From: a virus
Taxonomy: Duplodnaviria; Caudoviricetes
Length of the DNA stretch: 64,000 nt
Strand: one strand, 5' to 3'
IMG/VR virus record: IMGVR_UViG_2700988794_000001
Location: 1 to 64,000 of that record
The translations under genes were made by a program, and so were the position numbers. The first letter of the stretch is position 1. Every line of letters begins with the position of its first letter. This document shows positions 43,972 to 54,150 of this stretch, in pieces. The notes beneath the pieces were generated by a model. That model searched no databases. It was not told where the DNA came from and saw nothing but the letters and a program-made list of their open reading frames with translations.

Positions 43972-44340
43972 ATGCAGCAAGTCATCACAATCCAGCCGGA
44001 CGGCACCATGTCCGGCCTCCAGGTCAAGCCCGGCAAGGGCATCGACCTCACCAAGCTCGGAAAGGCCCACGTGGTCCGGGCTTCGGAAATCCTCTGGCAT
44101 GAAGAGAAGCAACTCTGGTATGTCAGCCTCCTGAATGAAGAGCGCCAGATGGACGGCCTCTTCGGAACGCTGACCTGGGATATGTGGACAGATGCCGGTC
44201 TCGACCACGAGCAGCTTCCAGCGGCCACCACCTTCTCGGTAGTCCGTGACAACCTCGCTATGTTCTTCCCGGACTATGACAGGGCAGTAATAGCGGAGAT
44301 TGCATACCTCGACGCCATGCGTCTGAAGGGCATCTTCTAA
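43972..44340 (+). CDS. hypothetical protein, probable DUF2997-cluster partner
   Basis: GGAGAACCACC RBS; ITIQPDG...LG...V.RASEI...W...AV.AEI.YL. Confidence 0.65.
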   Translation: MQQVITIQPDGTMSGLQVKPGKGIDLTKLGKAHVVRASEILWHEEKQLWYVSLLNEERQMDGLFGTLTWDMWTDAGLDHEQLPAATTFSVVRDNLAMFFPDYDRAVIAEIAYLDAMRLKGIF

Positions 44341-44526
44341 GACATCCGCCCTGCCGTGCAACCCGTTGCATTGCAGGGCTTTTTAGCGTCTAGTGGTAAG
44401 GAGGCGACACACCTACAAGATGTAGTAGGCTTGACATGTAGGCCCGTTAGGGCTTATGAATACCCCTCGATCCGGCCAGGGCACCTAGCAAGGTATCCGG
44501 ATCAAGTCGCACCCAAAGGAATAACA

Positions 44527-45945
44527 ATGCAGCATGTTCAAGTGCATGCGGAGAACGGCTATGTGTACGTTCCCGCCAATACCCCTCTGTCTCGTAAGCA
44601 CGTAGACCAACCCGTGGTCTCAGTGGCGCTCCCCACCGACAAGCGCCTCTATACGCTCAAGGTCAAGACCTTCCTGCATCAGCAAGCGTGCCGCCTCCTG
44701 GCACCTCTCCTCACCGCCGCACAGTTCACCGTCTTCTGCCAAATCTTCGACCGGTCGATTGGTTGGGGCCGGACGCAGTGCTTCACCACCGCCATCAACA
44801 TCGCCGAGGGTAACGGCAAAGACTGGCACGGGTGTGGCGTCACAGAGCGCACTGTAAAGCGCTGTGTGACAATCCTCTGCGAGATGGGCGTGATCTCCAA
44901 GACCTCCACCCGGAACCGTGGAACCCTCTTTACCGTCAACCTCGAATGGAAAGGCGATGAACCGATGCTGTCGATCCCCAAGCGTTTGAAGGGCGAACAG
45001 CCCGCGAAACAGGACCGTGTGTCCCTTATCGCACCCCGGAAAAGGGACATTGTGTCCCAAGGAATAGAAACAGAAAATCATTCCTTCCCTTCGGTCAGTC
45101 ATGATGAAACAGGATACTCGCCGGAAGCGAGGGAACCGGAAGAAGAAAAGGCTTCGCCGGAAGAGAGTGCAGGGAATTCCTTGGCCCGCGAAAATATCCA
45201 GGCCCTGGTAGAGCGCACCAACGCTCGCATCGAGAAGAAGCGGGAAAAGAACGTCGAGCGCGCCAAGCAGAAGGGCAACCCGCTCTCCCTCGAAACCATC
45301 TGGCGTCACGCCGTGGCGATGCACTTCCCGGAGATCGTGGTCGCCCCGGCCTGGACCAAGACGCAGCACGGGATCATCATGGCAATCGCTAAGAAGTGGA
45401 CGCAGGGCGGCAAGCTGGCGGACTTCGCGGCCTTCCTAGAATGGTGCGTCGTCTCGTGGCCCGCCATCATGCGCCAGCAGTTCAAGTGGATGACCAAGCA
45501 GAAGCCGCCGATGGCTCCAGACTTCCGGTTTTGGGCCAAGTTCCACGAGGAATTCCTCAACTGCTACCACTCCGGCAAGCTCTCAAAGTGGATGCGCGCC
45601 GCCGAACGCAGCCGCCTCGAATTCCTGAAGGCCCGTGGCAAGACCCACGAGGAAGCCTTGTTCATCATCGCCGAAGAGCAGGCGAAGGAAGCGATGTCCA
45701 GGGAGAACCGTGAGACCCTGAACGCCGTCCGGCAGACAGAGCAGCGCATCGCCCAACGCCAGAAGATGCTGCGTGAGCAGGAAGATAGGGGCGCTCGCGG
45801 CGTTCCGGTACACCCCAAGAGCGAGGAAGCGAAAAAAGCCTCTGGCGTGCAACCTGTTGCACCTATCCAGGAGCCGTCTTCTGATGTAGACCTGGACGAA
45901 CTGGAAAAGATGCTTGCCGATATTCCGGAGTGGAACGAAGAATGA
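44527..45945 (+). CDS. putative replication initiator (N-terminal wHTH)
   Basis: IFDRSIGWGR...CGVTERTVKRCV..L..G.I; precedes loader and DnaB. Confidence 0.6.
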   Translation: MQHVQVHAENGYVYVPANTPLSRKHVDQPVVSVALPTDKRLYTLKVKTFLHQQACRLLAPLLTAAQFTVFCQIFDRSIGWGRTQCFTTAINIAEGNGKDWHGCGVTERTVKRCVTILCEMGVISKTSTRNRGTLFTVNLEWKGDEPMLSIPKRLKGEQPAKQDRVSLIAPRKRDIVSQGIETENHSFPSVSHDETGYSPEAREPEEEKASPEESAGNSLARENIQALVERTNARIEKKREKNVERAKQKGNPLSLETIWRHAVAMHFPEIVVAPAWTKTQHGIIMAIAKKWTQGGKLADFAAFLEWCVVSWPAIMRQQFKWMTKQKPPMAPDFRFWAKFHEEFLNCYHSGKLSKWMRAAERSRLEFLKARGKTHEEALFIIAEEQAKEAMSRENRETLNAVRQTEQRIAQRQKMLREQEDRGARGVPVHPKSEEAKKASGVQPVAPIQEPSSDVDLDELEKMLADIPEWNEE

Positions 45946-46502
45946 GCCTCAGCGCCGATCACAAATGGTCATTGAACCGCGCCGGTATTGGAGCGGCCTA
46001 CCATGACAAAAGCATGATGACGGACTTCGGCCCGGAAGGCATCATGCTCGCACAGTGGGTGCAGGACAGCCGGAACAAGGTCAAGAGCGGGCATTCCGTC
46101 CTGATGACCGGGCTCCGCTCCAGGGAGCTTATGATGATGGTGGCGCGTGGCTTCCATCTCAATGGCATGGGCGTCTATGTCACGCCGCTTGTCCGCGTCG
46201 GTCAGGTGCTGTTCGACGCCGCCACCAAAGAGCAGGTGCGTGAGAACGAAATCCTCGTCATCACCGGGTTCCAGCAAGAGGGCGAGTGCCCGCTGAAGTC
46301 CAGCCTCCTCTACGAGACCGAGCATCTGATCAACGACCGTTCCGACCGTGGCAAGACCACCTTCGTGACGATCCCGATTGGCGATGAGCGCCAGCCCTTC
46401 GATCCGGAGAGCTTCGAAGGCTGGTGGTGGAGCATGGAGCTTGTCGATACCATCCTCGACCGCTACGAAATTCTTGATATGAGCAGCAGGGTTCGCACAT
46501 GA
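45942..46502 (+). CDS. DnaC-like helicase loader, degenerate P-loop
   Basis: AGI...Y, VLMTG, LINDR...KTTFVT, ILDRY; synteny. Confidence 0.5.
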   Translation: MSLSADHKWSLNRAGIGAAYHDKSMMTDFGPEGIMLAQWVQDSRNKVKSGHSVLMTGLRSRELMMMVARGFHLNGMGVYVTPLVRVGQVLFDAATKEQVRENEILVITGFQQEGECPLKSSLLYETEHLINDRSDRGKTTFVTIPIGDERQPFDPESFEGWWWSMELVDTILDRYEILDMSSRVRT

Positions 46503-47797
46503 GCATTGGTCTACAGCTTGTCCGAGCGGCAATTGAAGGCGGCTCTCGGGAAGCCTTGCGGCAGGTTCCGATCACCCTGTTTACCCCAGACGAGTTGCCT
46601 CGCGTGCAGTTCGTCGTCAACCATATCAGCAACCACGGTGCCCTGCCCTCCATCCAGATTTGCACCGAGAACGGCATCACGTTCCCCGGCACAAATGGAG
46701 GTAACTTCTCCTATTTCATGACGCGCCTTCGTCAGCGCGCCATCACCAACTCGGCGACCGCTGGCGCTCAGGGGCTGCTCGCAGCTATCCGCGCCCGCAA
46801 CGACCAGGACATCGTCAGCATCGTAGAGAACATGCATGGTCAGATGACCTCTGTTTCTCAGAACGAAAGCACGATGCCTATCACGAACGCCATCCAGGCG
46901 GCGTGGCAGGAATACCATGAAGCCCGTGCAAACCCAGGCATGCGCGGCATCACGACCGGCTTCAGCGTCCTTGACCGCGTGACCGCTGGTCTCCGCCCCG
47001 GCGACGTTACGACCATCGTGGCACGCCCCGGCGTCGGCAAGTCCTGGACGATCCTGAACATGGCTCTTCGGGCTTGGCTGGCAGGAAACTCTGTCTGCTT
47101 CGTTTCGATGGAAATGACCGCCATCGAAACAGCACGCCGCCTGATCGGTATGGCGACTGGCGTCAACCCCGACTTCATCTCGCGTGGCACCGTCTCGCAT
47201 TGGGCGGAAGACAACGTCGAGCAGTGGATCGCCACCGTGCCGGGCCGTCCGCCGTTCATCCTCATGGTTGGCGACCTGTCGAAGTCCGTCCAGGACGTTG
47301 ACTACATGATCATGGAGTACGAGCCCGACATCTGCTATGTCGATGCCTCGTACCTCCTGAAGCCGACCGAAGGCAACATGTTCCGTGGCAAGCGCTGGGA
47401 GAGTGCCCAGCAAGTCGCCGAAGGCATCAAGGGTGTCGCCCTCAAGCGCCACCGCCATATCGTCCAGACCGTGCAGTTCAACCGCTCTCAGACGGTTGAC
47501 GAAGAGATGAGCCTCGACAACATCGGCGGCACCGACGCTTACGCGCAAATCTCCTCCCTCGCCATGGGTATCCGCATCGGCGCGGCTCCCAACGAACGTA
47601 GGCAACGCCGCTACGGCTTGCTGAAGAACCGCCACGGTATCGATTGGCTGACCTTCGAGACCAACTTCATCTTCGACCCGTTCAACATGGACGTTCTCGG
47701 CAGCAACCTCCCCGCTGACCTGGACACTGACGTGTTGCCTGAAGACGCTCCGGACCCGATCCCCGGCGAAAACTTCGGACACATGGAGAACCTGTAA
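46499..47797 (+). CDS. DnaB-like replicative helicase
   Basis: ITTGF..LD..T.GL, ARPGVGKS, SMEM, QFNR, KNRHG. Confidence 0.9.
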   Translation: MSIGLQLVRAAIEGGSREALRQVPITLFTPDELPRVQFVVNHISNHGALPSIQICTENGITFPGTNGGNFSYFMTRLRQRAITNSATAGAQGLLAAIRARNDQDIVSIVENMHGQMTSVSQNESTMPITNAIQAAWQEYHEARANPGMRGITTGFSVLDRVTAGLRPGDVTTIVARPGVGKSWTILNMALRAWLAGNSVCFVSMEMTAIETARRLIGMATGVNPDFISRGTVSHWAEDNVEQWIATVPGRPPFILMVGDLSKSVQDVDYMIMEYEPDICYVDASYLLKPTEGNMFRGKRWESAQQVAEGIKGVALKRHRHIVQTVQFNRSQTVDEEMSLDNIGGTDAYAQISSLAMGIRIGAAPNERRQRRYGLLKNRHGIDWLTFETNFIFDPFNMDVLGSNLPADLDTDVLPEDAPDPIPGENFGHMENL

Positions 47798-50624
47798 TGC
47801 CAGCTATGCGACCACGCCATGTGCAGCTTGAAGAAAAACGACCGGTGCAACAAGTTGCAGGCGCTACCCACATGCGTCGGGCGGAGGAAGGCGGTCGCCA
47901 CACCTTCAGCTTCGGACCCTACGACCACCCGGTAACCGATGAGAAGTGCGGCGACATCCTGGTTGTATGCGATGCGCAGAATTGGGATGCTCAGCGTTGG
48001 GGCTACCCGATGCATCCCGATAGCATGAGGATGTTCGCCAAAGCCGCAGAGAAGGCTGGAGTTCCTGACGGCAAGATCACCTTCCTCGGCCTCTGCCCGC
48101 CCGTGCCGACCCAGGACATCAAGTCCGCCGCCCGCACCTGGAAGCACGTCGAGAAGTTCGTGCCCGGCGTCATCGAGTACATCAATCAGCAGAAGCCGAA
48201 GGTCGTCGTCACCCTTGGCGCGCTCGCCAGCCGTGCCGTCTTCGACCGTTCCGTGTCGATCACCAAGGCCCGTGGCGTCCTCGTGCAGCCGCACCCCCAC
48301 CGCCCTCACGTCTTCCCGATGCTGTCGCCCGGCTTCATTGCCCGCGTCCCGGAACACCAGAAGACTTTCGAAGGCGACATTGGCACGCTCTCGAAGTTCG
48401 TACATGCCGGGTTCGATCCGAATGGCATCATGACGATGGAGACCGACTACCAGTGGTGCTACGATCTCCAGTTCATGATCGACAACCCGCCACAGGCCCT
48501 TGCCGTTGACACAGAAGGCACAGGGCTGCGTTGGCACCAGGACAGCACTCGGAACCTCACCGTACAGCTATCCCCTCGCCCAGGCGTCTCCTATATCATC
48601 CCCGTGGACGAAGCCTATGTGATGAAGTGGGCGAAGTTCTTCCCACCTCGGCTTGCCGGTCGCTTGGCCGGTTGCGCGAGCAGTTGAAGCAAATTCTGGA
48701 AAACCCCGACATCCAGAAGATGGGCCACAACATCAAGTTCGACCATATGATGATCCGCAAGATGGGCATCAATATGCAGAACGTCAAACACGATACGCAA
48801 ATGATGGCGTTCGGTGTTGACGAGAACATGATGTCCAAGACCCTGGACGATTGCGTCCGCGTCTGGGTTCCGCAGATGTCCGGCTATGCCGACGACTTCA
48901 ACACGCACGTTGACAAGAACAGGATGTTCGACGTGCCACCCGAAGACATCCTGGACGAAAACGGCAAGGTCATCCAGTACGGCATGCGCCGATACGCAGG
49001 CGGCGATACCGATGCCACCTTCCGGCTTGCCCGCGCCCTCTATCCGTTGCTTCGGCGCGAGCCCAGCCAGTGGAACATCTACGAGCGCATCCATATGCCC
49101 GCCCTGATGGCCTTCGCTAATCGCCTGGAGCGGTATGGCATGGTTATCGACCAGGAAGCGCTACGCAAGCTCTCTGGCGACGTGAAGGCATGGCTGAAGG
49201 ACGAGTTCCGGGCGCTGATCCGTATGGTGCCTCCTGCCGTCCGCCGCAAGCATCTCGAAGCCGGTCTCAAGTTCTCCCGTGACCAGTTCGTCCGTGATAT
49301 CCTCTTCAGCGAAGACGGCTTCAACCTCAAGCCCCAGGTCTTCACCAAGTCCACCGAAGACCTTTCGGATGAGACCAAGCGCGTGCCGTCCGTCTCGACC
49401 AAGGATCACATGCCCTACTTCGTGACCCGCAAGGACACGGCAGGGCAGTTCGTCACCCGTCTGATCGAGTACCAAAAGACCTCGAAGATGGATAGCACGT
49501 ATTGTGGCAACGAAGAGGAAAGGACCGGGTTCTGGCAATACCTGAATAGCAGCAGCCGCATCTTCCCATCCTTCGCGCTGCACAAGACCAACACAGGCCG
49601 CACCGCATCTAGCGATCCGAACGGCCAGAACTATCCGAAGCGTGGTCAGTGGGCCAAACCGTTCCTGAAGGTCTTCAAGCCCAACCCAGGCTACCGCTTC
49701 GTCGCCGCCGACTTGTCGCAGATCGAACTGCGCATCGCTGCCTGGGAAAGCGGCGATGAAACAATGCTTGACATTTATCGCAATGACGGCGATATTCACA
49801 TGATGACAGCGGCAGCAACTATGCGCCTCTCTGTCGAAGAATTCCTACAACAAGAACCTGCCATCCGTAAGTTTAAACGCTTCGCCGCTAAAGCTGTGAA
49901 TTTCGGCTTCGTTTACGGAATGGGTGCAAAAGGCTTCCGGACCTACGCTAAGACGCAGTACGGCGTGGATTACTCCGAGCGTGAAGCCTACGAGACCCGC
50001 GAACTGTTCTTTGCCACCTACCGGCAACTCATCGCATGGCACGAACGTCGCAAGACCGAAGCACGTCGCCAGGGCTTTGTGTCCTCGCTGCACGGCGCTA
50101 TCCGTCACCTGCCGTCGATCTACTCCAGCGACCAGGGCGTGGCGGCTATGGCAGAACGGCAGGCCGTCAACGCGCCTGTCCAGCGCTTCGGCTCCGACCT
50201 CGGCGTCATGGCCCTAACCCGTCTCTCATGGCAGGCAGACCCGGAAATCATGCGCCCGGTCGGCTTCGTCCATGACCAAGTCATCTGTGAGGCCAAGATC
50301 GGCCACGAACTGGAAGCGGCCAACGCCCTGGTATGGGCTATGGAAAACCCGCTGCTCGAAGAGTGGTTTGGCATCACCGCGCCGCTGCCGATCAAGGCCG
50401 AGCCGGATATCGGCGACACCCTCGGCACCACCCTCGAACTGAACGAAATGCCGAAGAACGAAGACGGCTCTCTGAAGGTTCCCGACTGGTGGAGCGAGAC
50501 TGGCATCGAGTGCGTCAACGTCAACGGCACATGGAAGGCCCCGTTCGCCCCGGCCAAGCCCACATGGTGGAACGACAATGAGGCAGAAGCGCAGGAGCAG
50601 TTCACCCGCTTCCTCCACGTTTAA
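47797..50624 (+). CDS. family A DNA polymerase with N-terminal UDG-like domain (indel near 48660)
   Basis: AVDTEGTGL, GHNIKFD, TGRTAS.DPNGQN, ADLSQIELR, AKAVNFGFVYG, FVHDQ. Confidence 0.9.
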
Positions 50625-50651
50625 ATGCAACTTGTTGCACCATTTTAGGTG

Positions 50652-50680
50652 TTGACAAAGGATCGGTTCCAAGTTAGATT
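50652..50680 (+). promoter_or_regulatory. promoter, AAGGA-spacer class, with inverted spacer copy downstream
   Basis: TTGACA AAGGATCGGTTCCAAGT TAGATT; GGAACCGATCCTT at 50696-50708. Confidence 0.8.
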
Positions 50681-50734
50681 GCTTACAGGATCAAAGGAAC
50701 CGATCCTTCTGGAACCGCAACCGAGGAGTTTTTC

Positions 50735-51148
50735 ATGCCCCGTACAGCCCGCGCCGTCAACCTCAGCACCGAACTGACGGCTGACGAAAAAGAACAACAG
50801 ATGAAGGCCAAGCTGGCGAAAATCCGCCAGTACGCCAAGGCCGAGAGCAAGGCCCGCTCCGACAAGGACAAGCTCTTGCGTCAGCTTGAAAAAGAGATGA
50901 CGGCGGCTGGAAAGCGCAAGCTCGAAGTCTTTTACGACAACGAGACCATCATCGGCGAGATCGGCACTGGCGACCCGCGCAACGTCGTGGACACTGCCCT
51001 GCTCGCTTCCAAGATCACACATGCTCAGTTCGTGTCCATCGCCACCGTCGCTGGCGGCGCGGTCAAGGAAGCCTTCGGCACCGGCATCCTCAATCAGGTG
51101 CTTGTCGAAAAGGAAGGCGAGCGCAAGCTTCGCGTCGAGGTCGCGTAA
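50735..51148 (+). CDS. hypothetical protein
   Basis: GAGGAG RBS; begins MPRTARAVNL. Confidence 0.7.
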   Translation: MPRTARAVNLSTELTADEKEQQMKAKLAKIRQYAKAESKARSDKDKLLRQLEKEMTAAGKRKLEVFYDNETIIGEIGTGDPRNVVDTALLASKITHAQFVSIATVAGGAVKEAFGTGILNQVLVEKEGERKLRVEVA

Positions 51149-51154
51149 TCCATC

Positions 51155-51658
51155 ATGTCGAAGGTTGTCACTCATTCGCGGTTTCAGCTTAGTGATATCA
51201 ACGCTGAAACCCTGAAGGGTATGGGGGTGGAAGTCCTAGCGGATTTCCCCTCCGACGCCGACCTGGGGCTTACCACCCCGGCCTACGGCGAGGAAGTGCT
51301 CGGCACCCTCTCTGTCGAAGAGTTCTCCATCTTTGTCGAGATGAACCATCTTAGCAAGGAAATCGAGCGCATCACCAAGTCTATCGCTGCCCGCAAAATG
51401 CGGGAAGTGGCAGATCGCATGGAAGGCGATGACGACCTTATGTCAGCCGCAGTCATGGGTGTTGAGAGCGCAGGGAAGAATTTCTTCGACAACGAAGAGG
51501 AGGAAGACCACTTCCATACCCTGAACGCCAAGTTCGCCCTTCTCCGGTCTACCCTCTATTGGGTTCTTGGGGAACGGTATCACGTCCACTCCTGGCGTTG
51601 CGGCATCCGTGCCAACCGCCGGTTCGTCAAAGTCGAGAAGCGCCTACCGAATGGATGA
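51155..51658 (+). CDS. hypothetical protein
   Basis: 167 aa ORF in operon. Confidence 0.65.
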   Translation: MSKVVTHSRFQLSDINAETLKGMGVEVLADFPSDADLGLTTPAYGEEVLGTLSVEEFSIFVEMNHLSKEIERITKSIAARKMREVADRMEGDDDLMSAAVMGVESAGKNFFDNEEEEDHFHTLNAKFALLRSTLYWVLGERYHVHSWRCGIRANRRFVKVEKRLPNG

Positions 51659-52721
51659 AGCTCCGCTCCGCAGTATTCTCGCAAGGCTTGGGATTAGAAA
51701 TTTTCCCAAGCCTAACCATGCTGGATGGGGCCACGTGGCTTGCCCGTTCGCCCGCTACATGCCGCAGCACAAGTCCGGCGTTGACCGCTCACAGGGCTTC
51801 GCTATCAAGGTTGAGAAGGACGGGCCGTCTGCCTTCAACTGCCCTGTCTGCAAGATGCATGGCCGCATCTCCAACCTCGCCATGAACCTTGGCCGGTTCC
51901 ATGACCGGGACTACACCGAGGTGGCCTACGACGCCGACATGGCCGACCTGGACGCCCTCAACTACCTGCCCGCATTCGAAGCCGTCGAAGTGGACTTGCC
52001 GCCGACGCCCTTGGATGATGCGATCTTTGATGGCATGTTCGAAGAGCCCTGGAAGGTGCACAACCGCTACCCGCAGGCCGTACGCTTCCTCCAGGCCCGT
52101 GGCGTCTCCCAGGCGACCGCCGAGAAGCTCGGCCTCGGCTACGATCCAGAGAAGAAACGCATCACCTTCCCGGTGCGCGGCTTCAAGGGGGAGCTTTACG
52201 GCTTCTCCGGTCGAACGATCATGCCCGACCACAAACCGAAGGTGCTGGACTATGAGAACCTCCCCAAGCGTTGGCTCATTCTTGGCGTCGAGTTCTGGGT
52301 TCCCGGTCGCCCCATTGTCATGGTCGAAGGCCTGTTCGCCTACGCTCACTTCCATGAGATCGGCGCGGCTGAAAACTACAACGTCGGCGCTCTGCTTGGA
52401 TCGTATCTCACGCCCGAAAAGGCTGACATCCTTAAGTCCTATGACGAACCCGTGTACTGGTTCACCGATCCGGACCCGGCTGGCGATGATTGCCTCTTTG
52501 GCCGCGTTCTTCCGGGCCAGGATCAACTGCCAGAGGAAGACGACGAGCCGGGCGAGCGCGAGCTTCTCCGAGACCGCTCCACCTCTGCTCTATATGCGCT
52601 GAACGGTCACGTGCCGCAGTACGTCCCGAACTACCCCGTGGACGATCCGGACGATCTGACGGTGCAACAGTTTCACTGGATGATGGACAACGCCGAACTT
52701 TGGCTTCCCGACGCCAAGTAG
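51651..52721 (+). CDS. DNA primase (Zn finger + TOPRIM)
   Basis: CPF...H, CPVC, ITFPVR, GFSGRTI, VEGLF, DPDPAG. Confidence 0.85.
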   Translation: MDEAPLRSILARLGIRNFPKPNHAGWGHVACPFARYMPQHKSGVDRSQGFAIKVEKDGPSAFNCPVCKMHGRISNLAMNLGRFHDRDYTEVAYDADMADLDALNYLPAFEAVEVDLPPTPLDDAIFDGMFEEPWKVHNRYPQAVRFLQARGVSQATAEKLGLGYDPEKKRITFPVRGFKGELYGFSGRTIMPDHKPKVLDYENLPKRWLILGVEFWVPGRPIVMVEGLFAYAHFHEIGAAENYNVGALLGSYLTPEKADILKSYDEPVYWFTDPDPAGDDCLFGRVLPGQDQLPEEDDEPGERELLRDRSTSALYALNGHVPQYVPNYPVDDPDDLTVQQFHWMMDNAELWLPDAK

Positions 52722-52773
52722 GTAGCTTGACATCATTCGCCCTATATGTAACAAAGGATCAGGGAGTAGTTAC

Positions 52774-53004
52774 ATGGAAGACCTTTTCGAAAAACTATAC
52801 ATCCATCGTTACGTGGTGGGTAACATAGGTGAGAAGCGCTTATTCCTCGTGCTGCTCTCTAACACAAGCTTCATGGTCTCACTGGAAAATGACGGCTGCT
52901 ACGTTGTCGAAGGCATCGAGAAGCCGGTATTCTCCACAGACCTGATGGGCGCAGGGTTTGACTTCCTCACGGCCCTGCCGTCACTATTATCGTTGAGGAG
53001 CTAA
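52774..53004 (+). CDS. small hypothetical protein
   Basis: GGGAG RBS. Confidence 0.5.
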   Translation: MEDLFEKLYIHRYVVGNIGEKRLFLVLLSNTSFMVSLENDGCYVVEGIEKPVFSTDLMGAGFDFLTALPSLLSLRS

Positions 53005-53067
53005 GACAGTGGCTCGGAAGAGACCCTATGGCGGCGTCTGATGTACGCCTTTTGGAGAAGAGAAAAG

Positions 53068-54116
53068 ATGACTGACACACCTGAAGTCCGCACGCGTTCT
53101 CGCACAGCGGCACCATCCACGGAAAGCAATCAGGGCGAAGCAACGGGCGGCATGCGCCGTACCCGCGTTGCCATGGCTACCGGCTCGGCAGGATCGACCG
53201 GCGGCGAAGACACTTCGTGGATGCATACTGGCGACGAAGGCGCGGCCCAGGCCGACAAGGTTCGTCAGGAGCGTGCATCGCAGGACGCGGAAGCTGCCAA
53301 GCGCCCGTCAAGCCCATGCGCTTCAAGCTGGCGTGGAACTTCCAGGATAGCGGCTTCGGCGAAACTGCCGACGTGGTCATCCTCGACGCGAAGCCCGGCC
53401 CGCGCTTCTGGGAGCATACCGCTCGCAACCCGCGTACCGGCTACTGGACGGAATTCGAGCAGTGCCCCCATGAATGGGACAATTGCCCGCTTTGCCCTCC
53501 GGATGGCGAGAAGTCTCCCTACTATGTCATGATGCTTACCGTCATCGACATGCGCGAATTCACTGACCGCGAAGGCAAGGTATGGGCAGCGACCCGTAAA
53601 CTGCTTCCGGTCAAGATCGAGCAGCAGGGCTTCTTCGACGGGCTCTATAAGCAGCATGGATCGCTTCGCGGCATCCGTCTGATCATGACCCGCGATGGTG
53701 GCAAGATGTCGTCGCCGATTGGCAACAACATCCAGTTCGACTGCATCCACACTGAAGAGGAAATGACCGAATACTGCACGTCCTCCGGCCTCTGGGAAGA
53801 GTACAAGCAGGACAACGGTCGCGTCATCTGGGGTGAAGGCGAATTCATCCAGGCCTACAATTACGGCAAGATTTTCGAACGCCCTTCCGGTGCCAAGCTG
53901 CGCCTGAAGTACAACCCCAGCGGCCAGGGCGACACCATCGGTGGTCGCGACCAGCAGCAGGGCGAAGGCTGGCGTTCGGGAACCAATCCGGGCCGGGCAA
54001 CCGGCATGGCACAGCGTAGCTCGCAGCGCCGCGTCAATCTTGACGACACCAAGGGAACCGGCGGCTCGGCTGGCGGACCCAACAGTAACGAAATGGATGA
54101 CAACATTCCGTTTTGA
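53068..54116 (+). CDS. single-stranded DNA-binding protein (indel near 53305)
   Basis: CPLC zinc site; Gly-rich tail ending MDDNIPF. Confidence 0.7.
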
Positions 54117-54150
54117 TGAGTAACCGGCTTCTCCCGGTGCAACAGGTTGC

